Below, piece after piece: positions 41,320 to 54,654 of a DNA stretch of 64,000 bases; position 1 is the stretch's first letter, and each line of letters opens with the position of its first letter. The translations under genes and the position numbers were made by a program. Origin of the DNA: Eledone cirrhosa (taxonomy: Eukaryota); NCBI GenBank assembly GCA_964016885.1, contig OZ024741.1, positions 340,690,001 through 340,754,000 on the forward strand, given 5' to 3'. The notes beneath the pieces were generated by a model that was not told where the DNA came from, ran no database searches, and saw only the letters and a list, made by a program, of their open reading frames with translations.

Positions 41320-44300
41320 ATTTTTCTCGGCAGAGCTGTCCTGTTAGAAAACGGGTCGCGGATAACAATGCGGCAATCAGATAGTTGATTGTTTGTTGCG
41401 ATATAAGCGGGCAGCTGCCGAACGAATAAGCAGCCCCTAACCAATAGCGACAAATTACTATGCGAGATGGAGCAATGGGCGACAGCTTTAGCTCCCAATA
41501 ATACTCTCACAACCCAGTGACATAGCTATGACGAGGCGAGTAAAGGCCGCCTGTAATAAAGACTAGTCTTCACGGGTTTGAGAATGTACCAGATTGAGGA
41601 CTAGCGCGATTAAGATCACCAAAACTGTAATATGGTGAGAGGAACGAAAAAGAACCATACCACATCTTCTTTCACACGGGTTAACAAGGATGCGTTTAGG
41701 CATTAGGTAGAGGGGACTTTTCGAAAAATATATTGCAGTCACCATTTCACTGGCAATGGGCCTGCGACCTGTCCTGGGAGGTGTGGGATGGACTTACAAA
41801 GATTGCGTATCCCGAGACCCCCAAAGAAGGTTTGGAAGGTAGCCAACCTTGACAATTGGAACTTGGAACATCACAATCCTTACAGGTAAGGAGCAGGAAC
41901 TAGTGGAGGAGGCTAGATGCTACCGGCTAGATATAGTCCGGGTTTCCTCAACAAAGTTTCTTGACTCTGATACTGTAGATTTGGATGGAGGATGGAAACT
42001 CCACTATTCAGATGTGGCACCAAAAATCACTGCACAGGCGGGAGTGGAGAAACTCACAAGCTCCCAGTTTGTGAGTTTCCCCCAGTCAGAATGTGTTATT
42101 GACTGGATCCCATTAGGAGGGAGGATTTTCCTGTTGAAGCTTAGGATGAAAGATAAGTCTCTGTAGGTGGTGCAAGTTTATGCACCAAATAAGGAGTCCG
42201 AATACAGATCCTTCCTTGATGAAGTCACTGTAGCATTAGATGTAGTTAAGATTGAGTCATATAAACTAACGGGAGACTTCAATGCACATTTTGGCACTGA
42301 CAACTTGATATGGAAATGAGTGATTGAAAGGAATGGCGACTCCGATCTAAATACGAATGAAGAGGCCTTATTAGACATCTGTTCTAGCAATGGAATCTCT
42401 ATTATCAACACCTTCTTGCAGCACAAAGGCATCCATAAATATACATGGTATAAGGGGAATCAAAGATAGAGATCAATAATTGATTTTGTTATTGTCTCTG
42501 ATCTCTTCGATTCTGTGCTGGATATTCGTGTTAAGAGAGGGGCGGAGCTGACAACTGATCACCATCTAATTATCTGCATCTTGAGACGACATAAAGTTAA
42601 AGAAGCCTACAAAACTGGAAGGTCCTACTCGACCTACAGGATAAAGTTGGAAACGTTGGTGGATAAGGAATTCAGAATGAGGTATGCAGATACTATTGCA
42701 TCCAAATTCAGAGAACCACCTGAGAAAACCGAGGACGTTGAAACAGAGTGGAGATTGTTCAACTCAACAGTTTCTGCTTCAGTTATTAAATGCTGTGAGC
42801 GAAAGAGGCTTGGTGTGGCGCCGGATGGCAGGAGGACCCCTTGGTTCAATCAAGAGGTCAAAGATGACATCCGAGCAAAGAATGAGACCTACAAAGCTTG
42901 GCTTGGAAATAAGTCATCTTTTTGCACTTGCGGTACTAGCAGACACATAGAATCGTTGCAGAGACAGTAAAGGCATCGAAAGTTAAGACATGGGAGAACT
43001 TTGGGCTTAAACCGGAATCCGACTTCAGTTCAGCAAATAAAGTGTTCTGGCAGACCACTCGCCAACTTCATAATAAGGAACATAATATATTCAGAGAAGT
43101 GTAACCTCGCTAGTTGGAGAGAATACCTTGCTGATCTCCTAAACCATACAAAGCTTGGCTTGGAAATAAATCCTCCTTCTTGCACTTGCGGTACAAGCAG
43201 GCATCACACCAGAGACAGTAAAGGCGTTCAACAGCATCTTCTGATGTACACGATGTGCATCTTGGAGCTGTGACTAATCTCTCGGAGCCTGAGGTCACAA
43301 GAGCAGCTAAAGAGCTCAAAATGTGGCAAGGTCGCTGGGGAAGGTGAAATCTGGCCCGAGATGTTAAAAGTTTTAAATAGAGAAGGTATTTTCTGGCTGA
43401 CTAGGTGGCCTGGATCTCTGAAAAAATACCTACTCAATGGCAATCGGAAGTGATAATCCCAATTTTCAAAAAAGGAGACGAGAGATTGTTCCAATTACAG
43501 AGGGATCTCCTTGTTACGCATCCTCGGTAAAGTCTATGCTAAGTGTCTGGCAAAAAGATGCAGGGAAATCGAGTCCAAGCTAAGTGATGAACAGTGTGAT
43601 TTTTGCCCCGGATGCAGCACAGCCTACGAAGTATTCACACTGCTGTAGGTCTTCGAGAAATCGTGGAAATATTGCTTGTTTTGTAGACCCCGAAGAAGAA
43701 TATGACCGCGTTCCACTGGACCTGCTGTGGGAGGTTCTGCAGGAGTATGGAATGGATGGTCAGATGATTCTTGCTGCCCCGATGTCTCTATACAAATGCC
43801 CGAGCATTTGTGTCCAGATAAATGGTGTTAAATCGAAACCATTCAATGTGGGAGATGGACTCCGCCAAGGGTGCGTACTTTCACATCTCCTGTTCATTAT
43901 TTTCATGAATAGGATTAACGCGCGCAGACTGGTAGGTATAAAATCAGTCGGCTGGAATTTGCAGACGCCATCGTGTTACTTAACTCGATAAAAGGTGATC
44001 CCCAACTAGTACTTGATAGGTTTGATGCCGAGTGCTGCATGGCTGGAATAAAAATCAGTGCTGCGAAAACTGAGATACTCGTCCTCTCAAGGAAGCCTGC
44101 GCAGTGGACTCTGCATGAGAATGGAGTTCCACTGGAGCAAATGGAGAAGTTCAAGTATCTCGGGACCGTGGTTAAATTAAGTGCAAGAGTTGCAGGAGCT
44201 GATACAGTAATGCACCAGCTGCAACATTCAGTAATCAGAAAAAGGGAGGTAGGTGTAAAAGCCAAACTCGCCACTTTCAATTCATTATTCGTGCCAACCA

Positions 44301-44339
44301 TTGACTATGGCCATGAATTTTAGGTAATTTTAGGTAGTA
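41320..44339 (+). mobile_element. RTE-clade LINE, 5' portion (APE endonuclease + reverse transcriptase), decayed
   Basis: TIGTWNI...QELVEE...LDIV; GDFNAH; TDHHL; PIFKKG...CSNYRGISLL; GLRQGCVLS.LLF; FKYLG; YGHE; many stops and frameshifts. Confidence 0.95.
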
Positions 44340-44746
44340 CTAGCAGAATGGTCCAGCGTTGCCGGGATTTGCTCTGGGGTTCTTATATATTTGATATATA
44401 TTTATCCTTATCGAACCTCGTGAAATAAATACGTTTGTTTATATTTTGTTATTGTGTATGCAAAAACATCTGTACACGAATATATAATTATAATTATATA
44501 TATATATATATATATATATAACAGTACAGAGAAGTACGGAATACCCCGGCCTCGGGATGGTGTCTGCTTATAAAAACAATTCGTCATAGATTATTAGGGT
44601 TTTTTTCCGTGCGAAGAAAATCAATATTTTATCGCGAAATAAATATTTTTGTTTATATTTTGTTATTATGTATGCAAAAATATCTGTACACGATGGCCCG
44701 GCGTTGCTCGGGATTTGCTCTAAGGTTCTTATATATTTGATATATA

Positions 44747-46067
44747 TGATGGGGCATCAAAAAGTTCGCGGAATTTTTCAGAAAATATTCTATTTTTCAA
44801 AAAATATGATTTACCTTCAATTTATTTTTCTACATAGTTGCCATCCAGGTCAATACACTTCACAAGGCGATGCTTCCAACTCCGTCAGCCATCTCTAAAG
44901 AAAGTTGAAGGCCTTGTTCGAAGTCATGTGTTGGCAGTGTTTTTAGCTTCTTCAACACCACTAAAACGGGTTCCTTTTAGCATTTCTTTGAGTTTTGGAA
45001 AGAGGAAAAAGTCTGATGGGGCTAAATCTGGACTATAAAGCGGGTGAGGAAGCACTTCCAATCGAAATTCTCGAAGAACTTCTTTTGCAACCCGCGCAGA
45101 ATGCGCTGGTGCATTGTCATGGTCAAACAAGATCCCACCATGAAGTTTCCCTTTTCGTTTCTTGACTAATGCCTCTTTCAGTTTCCTTAAAACATTTGCA
45201 TAGTAAGCTCTTGTCACAGTTCTTTGACCTTCAAGATAATCTATTAGTATCACCCCATCTGAATCCCAGAAAATGGTGGCCATCACTTTTTTATCCGACT
45301 TTTGAGATTTGAACTTGATTGGCCCCGATGATCCACGTGGAAGCCACTGTTTTGACTGCTGTTTGGATTCAGGATCATACTGGTAGATCCAGGTTTCATC
45401 TCCGGTGATGATTCTAGTCAGGAAATGTTCTTCATCAACTTCAATTTTGTTTAATATCGCCAAAGACAGATCACTTCGAAGAATCGGCTGATCAGGGCGC
45501 AACGCTTTTGGGACCCATCGCACTGAAAGCTTGCTTAGTCCAAAATTATCGTGCAGAATTGAATTTACCGAACCATATGAAATGTCTAGGGACTTAGCTA
45601 ACTGATTAACTGTTATTCTTCGATCTTCTTCAATTAAAGTCTGAGCAGCCTCAACGTTTGGTCATTTTTTGATGTTCCTAGTCTTCCACTGCAATGGTTG
45701 TCTTCAAGGTCGTTTCTCCCTTGTTTGAATCGATGAATCCACTTGTAGACAGCAGTTTTCTTTGGAGCAGTAGTACCGTAAACTTTAACTAAAGCCTCCA
45801 TAATTTGTGTCCCTTTCCATTTGAGTTTCACCAGAAACTTGATATTCGATCTTATCTCAAAATAACTATTTTCCATTGTTCCAAAAATAGTTTTTTTTAA
45901 AGAGTGTCATTACTGTACAATAGTCCGCGCATGACTGACTGCAAGTGACTAATAGCAAGATAAACACCCAATGACAATGTTGTGACATGTTTAATATTGT
46001 TTTAACCTATTTTTTTCTTACTACGATAAAATTCAGCGAACTTTTTGATCCCCCCCCCCCCCCCCCG
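44747..46067 (-). mobile_element. Mariner (DD34D) DNA transposon, full length, defective
   Basis: TIRs containing ATCAAAAAGTTCGC / GCGAACTTTTTGAT; TA duplication shown by comparison with the empty copy at ~44385-44420. Confidence 0.95.
44822..45876 (-). pseudogene. Mariner transposase with frameshift and stops
   Basis: Motifs WVPKAL, TGDETW, HDNAPAH, YSPDLAPSDF, C-terminal KCIDLDGNYVEK. Confidence 0.95.
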
Positions 46068-46561
46068 TATTTATCCTTCTCGAGCCTCGTGAAGTAGATA
46101 CGTTTGTTTATATTTTGTTATTGTGTATGCAAAATTATCTGTACACGAATATATAAATAAAAGTACAGAGAAGTACGGAATACCTCGGCCTCGGGTTGGC
46201 GTCTACATTTTGTGCTTATAAAAAAAGTTCGTCGTACATTACCAGGGATTTTTTCCGTTCGAAGAAAATCAATACTTTATCGCGAAATAAATACTTTTGT
46301 TTATATGTGTATGCAAAAATATCTGTACACGAATATATAATTATATATATATATATATATATATATTAAAATAACAGATTAAAGTTTAAGCAAAGAATCG
46401 CTGCTTTCACCCTTAACGGGAAACTAAAATAATAAATCTGTGAACGCAGAAGTAAATATTTCGAAAAACATTACACATTATATATATATACACACACACC
46501 GCGTCATATTGACGTAATGCAGACAGCCAGGCAGACAGACATATATTATAAGGGCGCAACG

Positions 46562-46745
46562 GTGAATTGGCAGTATCGGTAGAAGGTTGGACGCCATGCT
46601 TTCTAGCATAGTTACGTCCCTTTACCGTCTGAGTTCAAATCCCGCCGAGGTTAACTTTGCCTTTCATCCTTACGGGGTCGATATAAATAAAGTACCAGTA
46701 ATGTACTGGGTAATTGCTGGCCTTGTGCCAAAAGTAGAAACAATT
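46562..46745 (+). mobile_element. Main-family SINE inside the Helitron-like element, 17-bp TSD
   Basis: ATTATAAGGGCGCAACG on both sides. Confidence 0.88.
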
Positions 46746-46779
46746 ATAAGGGCGCAACGTAATATCTATGTATCTATCT

Positions 46780-46817
<38 letters not shown>

Positions 46818-47004
46818 CGCTAAATCGCCTAATGCGGTCCCTAGGGCATTAAAGATTTGAAATTCTTTTGCTCAGAACACTCAACAGGACCATAAGTATT
46901 ACATGTGTAAAGTTTGAAAACAATCGGTTGGGTGGTTCTCGAGTTTTAGTGATTGTACAGACAGACAGACAGACAAACAGACATTCTCTGTTTAGTAATA
47001 TAGA

Positions 47005-47403
47005 TTAAAAGAATACTATTGTGAATACAAGAGACCGAAATGGGCTTCCTCCGATTGGTCTGTGGAGTAACGTTACTCGATAGAATGCGTCACTCCAGGT
47101 AAAGACGCTACTTCTCTGAATTGAGAGATCACAGCTCCGATGTTATGACCATGTGGTTAAAATGTCACAGGAAAGAATCGCTGGGCAGATTTTATTGGCA
47201 AAACCAACCGGCAGGAGACCCAGGAGTAGACCCCGCTCATGATGCTTAGACAGCATCCATGAGCTTGGAAGGGGGGGGGGGGTGCAACCGGATCTGTTGG
47301 AGACGCTAGCTCCTGACAGGACGTGCTTGAAGGAGCGTTTGTGGATCTTGCCCCCCATCACACTTCTACGACCCTCTCAGGAATGAGTGGGCAAAGAAGA
47401 AGA
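47005..47403 (+). mobile_element. RTE LINE 3' end (continuation of 41320-44339)
   Basis: IQETEMGFLRLVCGVTLLDR...IERSQLRCYDHVVKMSQER...GRRPRSRPR; GAA tail. Confidence 0.9.
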
Positions 47404-47634
47404 TATATATATATATATGAGCAAACACTGGAAAATGAACGAATACAGACAGTCTAAAGGAGAAAGATGGATAAGGAAGATCCCAAATCGGGGTAGTAAA
47501 TACATTAGTAGAGAAGGTAGGCATTTATTTCATATAGAAACAGATACGACTTCTACATTACTAGAAATGTTCCATGCTCTTGAAATAAATAATGATGACT
47601 ACAAACAAATCAAACATTTCTAGTCTTGTAAAAG

Positions 47635-47761
<127 letters not shown>

Positions 47762-47901
47762 GAGAAGAAAGAAGAATACTGCGTGGTTGCACATGGGTTA
47801 CATATGATAAAAATAGTCCTTCGTCAGTGATTTGCCAACCATCATTGATATTTCATCGCATTAAAAATCATATACCTCAGGTTGGTGCGAGCAATATATA
47901 T

Positions 47902-47995
<94 letters not shown>

Positions 47996-48270
47996 TGCGT
48001 ATATTAATGTAATTTTGGTAGTTTTATATACATAATATTGGTGGTGGTACTACTACTATTTCATTGCAGACTTGAGAGAAAATAAAGCAAGAGAAAGTAT
48101 GAGAGAAAATGAAGTAATAATTGTAAGCAATAAAGAGCTCCCCACACACAGAACCTCCACGTATATCCCCCCCCCCCCCCCTCACAACGCCCCACACACA
48201 ATATCCACACCGCCCCCCACATACATACACACTCATCTGTGAAAAAAGAAAGTGAATGTAATGATGATAC

Positions 48271-48303
<33 letters not shown>

Positions 48304-48914
48304 TATCGTTAAATATTAGTTATAATAAGGATGATGATGATGATGATATCTTTATTAACCACACATGCTTGCACATAGAAGAAATATAGTAAACATTAAA
48401 TATAGCTATAAAAAGAAAGTAGATTGCGTTATCAATGTAAATATTTATTTAGTCCCGTTGAACTATTACGTCATCTAACGGGAGAATGTCATGCAATGTC
48501 TCCCGCTCTTAATATAACACTCACAACTAATGCGAAGAAACAAAACAGCATGAGAGGTATTTCTCAAAGGTGGAGTTTGAATGAGCATGTCTGAGATTAG
48601 TGTAAATATGGGGTGGATATGGTGGGGGTTGTTGTGCGGATATGGTGTAGATATGGGTGATGTTGGAGGGAATGGGTGGATATCGGTGGGGGGGGGGGGG
48701 ATATGGGTAGATATGAGTGGAGTGGTTGTGGGAGACTGTTGGTGGATATGGTGGGATATTGGGGATGTGGGTTGAGTGGATATAGGCAAGTGTAAGCTTT
48801 GAATCTGTATAATTGGAAGGTGGGTAGACAAGGAAATGAAGGTATATTTTATCCACCCTAAACGATCTTATAGCTTTTAGCTGTTCTGTATATATTTATA
48901 TATATGTGTATATA

Positions 48915-49119
48915 CAGGGTGAGCATAAAGTCTTTCTTTGATTATAAAGTACCATATCTGGGATATTATTTGAGATTTTACTTGTTCATTGTTTTAATTT
49001 ATAAATTTCAAGTGTTTCTGAACATATTTTACATTTTCTCTTCTATGGGATGTAGCTGTAATTTTCAGTAACAAAATGGCATTTATGAAACCAAAAGCAA
49101 ATACTTTATGCTCACCCTG
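48915..49119. mobile_element. Tc1/mariner-type MITE, 205 bp
   Basis: TIR CAGGGTGAGCATAAAGT / ACTTTATGCTCACCCTG flanked by TA. Confidence 0.85.
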
Positions 49120-49232
49120 TATATATATATATATACTTCCACACATTGAAAATATATTAACCATGATGCAGATAAAGTAGTTGAATGAGTCGGATAAAGT
49201 ACTGCTAGAGACGGATAAAAGTGGACAGAGTT

Positions 49233-49299
49233 GCATGTGGGAATCGAACCTCTAATTTTTCATATGCCGGAAGAACGTATTTAACCATTACACTAGAGC
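49233..49299 (-). mobile_element. tRNA-like SINE head (not a functional tRNA)
   Basis: A-box TAGTGTAATGG, B-box GGTTCGATTCC; acceptor stem does not pair well. Confidence 0.55.
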
Positions 49300-49403
49300 G
49301 CCGCTGGCCGCCAATTACCGTCTTTTAGAAACTTTAAGTACCAATACTTCGTAAATCTGTTTACTTCGAGTTTCGTCGATACTGGTTGCTCAAGACCGTC
49401 ACT

Positions 49404-49577
49404 GTGGATTGGCAGTATCAAACGCCATGCTTTCCAGCATAGTTACGTCCCTTAACGATCTGAGTTCAAATCTCGCTGAGGTTGACTTTGCCTTTCATCA
49501 TTACGGGGTCGATAAAATAAAGTACCAGTAATGCACTGAGTAATTGCTGGCCTTGTGCTAAAAAGTAGAAACAATTA
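49404..49577 (+). mobile_element. Main-family SINE
   Basis: Same head, central domain and tail as the other copies. Confidence 0.88.
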
Positions 49578-50027
49578 ATGATAAATATAGTACGTCAGTC
49601 GTATGACAATATCAACAGCAACATAGAATTGATAAATGTGTCTGAACACAGAAGAGCCTAACTTCCACTGTCATCGCCTCCATCTCTCTCGCCCTCCCCA
49701 TCTCTCTGTATTATGAGAAAATGGGGTCCCACGTGCTGGCCACCCCAGCCCTGGCGGACAGAATAGAGAAGGCGTTTCCCCGGAGGATGGTAAGGGAGAT
49801 ATTGACCAAATATTATTTACACTTCCCGCTTCACATTATTATATAAATAACAGTACAGAGAAGTACGGAATACCTCGGCCTCGGGTTGGTGTCTACATTT
49901 TGTGCTTATAAAAAAAGTTCGTCGTACATTACCAGGGATTTTTTCCGTTCGAAGAAAATCAATACTTTATCGCAAAATAAATACTTTTGTTAATATATGT
50001 ATGCAAAAGTATCTGTACACGAATATA

Positions 50028-50064
<37 letters not shown>

Positions 50065-50158
50065 GTGGAACACTGGAAGGTAATATCCGTAGTGGTAGAG
50101 CACTCAGTGCATGGGACGAGTTAGGTAGAAGTGGTTACACAACAGTTAGTTCACCATA

Positions 50159-50198
50159 CCGAGAACAATTGTTTCACCTTAGCGGATCCTCAGCTCGG
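50159..50198 (-). ncRNA. Minimal type I hammerhead ribozyme, family D (PLE 3' pLTR, sense)
   Basis: CCGAG-CTGAGGA-T CC GCTAA GG T-GAAA-CAATTG-TT-CTCGG; palindromic stem III ACAAUUGU. Confidence 0.9.
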
Positions 50199-50360
50199 AA
50201 TGGGCATGATTATAGGAACAGGAAGGACAACCGTACGAACGCGCATGCGTAGAAACCCGGTCACTTCACACAGGCGATACTAGACTGCGTGCGAGAGGTG
50301 TAAGGGAGATAACTGCGAAAGTCCGAAACGTTTCTAGGTTGAAAATAAAATTACAAAGAA

Positions 50361-52200
50361 TCAGTCCGGAGCCTTGTAGTTATACAATAGGTGTTTGGCA
50401 ACGTGTGGACAACGTGTGAAAAATTCATTTCTCGTGTTTAGGCAATCACTATTGCGTAATCTCTTTAGAATAGTTATTCGTTCGTCAATACATAAGACAC
50501 ACGTCGGATTTCCCCTTGCATATGGCTTGGACTTAGTGATGGCTTTCCATTGAATGGAGTAGTCTATACTTGAGTCCTTGAGGGACCATACGTGGCTCGC
50601 GAGTTTCGTGGATGAACGTCTGTCCGGGTACCTGAAGGTAGACTGGTGGTTTAGGGAACGTTCCTTAAATCGGCCATCCGCCATGCCCACATAGGATTTG
50701 ACCTCCTGTGGTTCGTTTGGTCGGATGAAAGTGACCACAGCTTCGTAAATTATAGCTGGTGTGCTGCATTGCTGTTGAAGGGGCCAAGCTTCAGGCTTAC
50801 GACAAGAGCACCCTGGTGGGGTATTGCTCCTAGGGCTGCTGGTGATGTGGGCCTTCATGTTCTTAGCGCAGGAGTATCCTAGTTTAACTTTGTGTCGGTT
50901 AAAGATGGAGCGGTATTTATGACCTATGGGAAAGTGTCTATCTAAGAGGGCTAGAAATTTTTTTCCTACATTGGTTTTAACGTTGAGTGAGAAGGGAGGA
51001 GAGAACCAGATAGTTTGTCTATTGTTGCGCTTACTTTTTTTAATGGTGTTGTTGCTAGTGGGAGAGTAAGTGATAGGTTGCGAGAAGCCGCTGTTAGCCA
51101 ACGCCGTGTTATAGTAGGGTGCCGCCCTGTCAAAGATAGCCTTATTAGAGGAGAGGTTTGAGATTCTAGTATATTCCCGTGTGGAAGTCCGGGAATCTAA
51201 CACGTAATATGACTTAGATAAATAGGCCAACCAAGTCACGTACATCAGCACTATCAAACGATCCCATGGAGACGTCGAATAGGTCTGAAGTTGTAGACTT
51301 CTTTTCCCAGGCTACTCCGTTGTTGAAGAGGAGGGTTTTCCGGCAGTGAGCGATGATTTCCCTGTCTAAACCATCGACGGTGGTATAAGTGGTAGCGAAG
51401 TCCAACGCTTTGTTTAACAGGGTCTCTGAGATCGACGGGTAAAAATCGACAATGTCAAACTGTGTGAACTTCGCTTTTTTGGATTTTAAGGAGTTAAACC
51501 ACTTAATTACGGAGTCGCAGTTCTCTCACTGGGGCAGGTTGGACTTGGTCCTAATGGTCTTAACTATGTTTGTAAGTATGGCCTTACTGACTAGTCCCAT
51601 ATCTGTGCGTGCCGGGTTTATTAGTTTACATGTGGGGTTAAAAGTAAAGTCTATCTTGTGATCTTTCAGGGTGAGGAACGCCTTCCGCTTAGCTAGAGAT
51701 AGTAACTTCTTATCTACCCTAAAGTCGGCGGCAAGTTCCTTGGCTTCTGTATTAATGTCGTGTTAGGCCATAGGGTTGGCTTTCTTATATTTAGAAGTAA
51801 TAGCGTTGTGGGCCAGGTGGCGGAAAGTGGTGTTGTCGACTTCGTAAATATTATTAGTTTTGTCGGAAAGAACGAAGGTGTTATTAGAAGACCTAAATTT
51901 CTTAATATCATTTCTGAGTTTCCTTTGAAAGGTGTTAATGTGTTTGCGAAAGGAAATGTTTGTGACTAAGTCATGAAGGTCCGTCTCGAAAGGAGCAAGT
52001 TCAGTTACCTTAAAAGGGTGGGCTCTCGATTTCAGGTTGAAGGTGTTGTTGGTGCCTGTAATTTTGCCGTCAAAAGCTAGGGCTCGCCATCTTAAGCTTC
52101 TGACGACATCTTCCGCTTTTTGTAGGAGGAGCTTTTGGTAAACATGGTTGGGGGAAGTTGGAATGTTCTTCAGGGAGTAATCCTGTTCGTGTAAATCCAT
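50361..52200 (-). pseudogene. PLE polyprotein (RT N-terminal part, thumb/linker, GIY-YIG), frameshifted, RT catalytic segment deleted
   Basis: YSLKNIP...RWRA; SDKTNN.Y; FDVSMGSFDSA; WFSPPFS..VKTN; CSCRK...PL...C; IIY...YVG...CVLC..E...N.RNE...CPH; no YxDD segment seen. Confidence 0.9.
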
Positions 52201-52331
52201 ACTGACGTTGATGAGACGCAAAATTGTGTAGGACACGAGGATATAGAGAGCGCTCTCAGGGTAGTAAGCCAAACTCGCACGTGGTGAAGAATCGTACTGT
52301 TGTCCTTCCTGTTCCTATAATCATGCCCATT

Positions 52332-52371
52332 CCGAGCTGAGGATCCGCTAAGGTGAAACAATTGTTCTCGG
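52332..52371 (+). ncRNA. Minimal type I hammerhead ribozyme, family D (inverted pLTR copy)
   Basis: Identical motif on the plus strand. Confidence 0.9.
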
Positions 52372-52761
52372 TATGGTGAACTAACTGTTGTGTAACCACT
52401 TATATATATATATATATATTAAAATAACAGTTTAAGCAAAGAATCGCTGCTTTCACCCTTAACGGGAAACTACTAAAATAATAAATCTGTGAACGCAGAA
52501 GTAAATATTTCGAAAAACGTTACACACTATATATATATACACACACACACACCACGTCATAATGACGTAATTCAGACAGCCAGGCATACAGACAGATATT
52601 ATAAGGGCGCCATTATAAGGATGAACTTTGCCTTTCATCCTTACGGGGTCGATAAAATAAAGTACCAGTAATACACTGGGTAATTGCTGGCCTTGTGCCA
52701 AAAGTAGAAACAATTATAAGGACGCAACGTAATATCTATGTATCTATCTAAAAAAAGAAAG

Positions 52762-52810
<49 letters not shown>

Positions 52811-53621
52811 TCGCTAAATCGCCTAATGCGGTCCCTAGGGCATTAAACATTTGAAATGTTTTTGCTCAGAACACTCAATAGGACCATAAGTATTACATGT
52901 GTAAAGTTTGAAAACAATCGGTTGGGTGGTTCTCGAGTTTTAGTGATTGTACAGACAGACAGACAGACAAACAGACATTCTCTGTTTAGTAATATAGATT
53001 AAAAGAATACTATTGTGAATACAAGAGACCGAAATGGGCTTCCTCCGATTGGTCTGTGGAGTAACGTTACTCGATAGAATGCGTCACTCCAGGTAAAGAC
53101 GCTACTTCTCTGAATTGAGAGATCACAGCTCCGATGTTATGACCATGTGGTTAAAATGTCACAGGAAAGAATCGCTGGGCAGATTTTATTGGCAAAACCA
53201 ACCGGCAGGAGACCCAGGAGTAGACCCCGCTCATGATGCTTAGACAGCATCCATGAGCTTGGAAGGGGGGGGGGGAGGATCTGTTGGAGACGCTAGCTCC
53301 TGACAGGACGTGCTTGAAGGAGCGTTTGTGGATCTTGCCCCCCATCACACTTCTACGACCCTCTCAGGAATGAGTGGGCAAAGAAGAAGATATATATATA
53401 TATATGAGCAAACACTGGAAAATGAACGAATACAGACAGTCTAAAGGAGAAAGATGGATAAGGAAGATCCCAAATCGGGGTAGTAAATACATTAGTAGAG
53501 AAGGTAGGCATTTATTTCATATAGAAACAGATACGACTTCTACATTACTAGAAATGTTCCATGCTCTTGAAATAAATGATAATGATTAGAAACAAATCAA
53601 ACATTTCTAGTCTTGTAAAAG

Positions 53622-53680
<59 letters not shown>

Positions 53681-53688
53681 TCTCTCTC

Positions 53689-53752
<64 letters not shown>

Positions 53753-53755
53753 CGT

Positions 53756-53807
<52 letters not shown>

Positions 53808-54399
53808 ATTCAACGTCCTTGAAATATGCAAACTGGTGGAGAAGATCGTATGACCTGTCACGAGATTTGGCGTATTTTACATTTTCAGTGAGTGAACAAT
53901 CTATAGTACGTATTTGGAGAGAGAAAATAACTGCAAAAAATAAGAAAATGTTGTTAATGAAGTATATATATACATCTGTATCCGTAATTAGTATATATAT
54001 ACATCTGTATCCGTAATTAGAACAATTTCTATCAGATTCGGACACCTGTGTACTTTTTCGACGTTATGATGAAAATGTAAATTCGTCTTCCGTAATTCCC
54101 TCATCTAAAGCTGCAAAAACTGAAGGATCTCTCTCTCTCTCTCTCTCTCTGTGCGCGCGCGCACGTTTTAGAGACACTACTTATAATGTGTTTGCGCGTT
54201 CTAACCTCACACCGTCACCAATAAAAAGGCTATGGAGATACAAAGAAATGTATGATTGTTGGGTTTTATTGAATATGAGTGAAACAATATATGTTGGCGA
54301 GAGGACTTAGTGGTTCTTTGGTTGACGTGCTTGAAATTAATTTAGGTGAATCGGGTTATACCCAAGAACATGTGGTTAACATTTTAAAGACCCCTGCAT

Positions 54400-54654
54400 C
54401 AGCGGCGTGCAGAGCTCTAGTGATGCCCGGGGCAGATCTTGATTGTATGCCCCAAAGACTCAAGTATAAGACCTAATATACTGAGAAATATTATGAGAAA
54501 GGGAAATATTTTGAATATATAAACACAGATGAAACATGAAATAAACGCTTTATTCGATTTTAATATAAATCAATCAAATTTATTAAGTTCTTTTCCCCAA
54601 AGGTTGCCCGGGGCCAACGCACCGTGCCCCCCCCCCCCCACATGCACGCTACTG
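54400..54654. mobile_element. hAT-like MITE, 255 bp, 8-bp TSD
   Basis: TIR CAGCGGCGTGCA / TGCACGCTACTG; CCCTGCAT at 54392-54399 and 54655-54662. Confidence 0.85.

Larger units (their letters stand above)
44340..47004 (-). mobile_element. Helitron-like element inserted in the RTE LINE (duplicated 3' segment, nested mariner, SINE cargo)
   Basis: CTAG at 44340, TC start at 47004 on the minus strand, A/T flanks; LINE coding sequence resumes right after 47004. Confidence 0.82.
50061..52401 (-). mobile_element. Penelope-like retroelement with inverted partial pseudo-LTR, inserted in (TA)n
   Basis: RT and GIY-YIG remnants; 50129-50237 is the reverse complement of 52293-52401; (TA)n on both sides. 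Confidence 0.95.
49840..53730 (+). repeat. Duplicate of ~46150-47690 (Helitron 5' part + RTE 3' end + flank), interrupted by a PLE
   Basis: 49840-50060 plus 52402-53730 align to 46150-47690; near-identical ORFs at 47387 and 53374. Confidence 0.93.

Noticed and set aside
41330-41850. HDV-like ribozyme in the RTE 5' region
   Set aside because: Known for some RTE elements, but I could not identify the nested double pseudoknot by eye.
49233-49299. tRNA gene
   Set aside because: A and B boxes are present but the cloverleaf stems are poor; treated as a SINE head.
50361-52200. Assignment of the PLE to a named clade
   Set aside because: The C-terminal EN excludes N-terminal-EN clades, but finer placement needs an RT/EN phylogeny.
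54279-54476. Possible host exon (GESGYTQEHVV...)
   Set aside because: Half of it lies inside the hAT-like MITE; no recognisable protein similarity.
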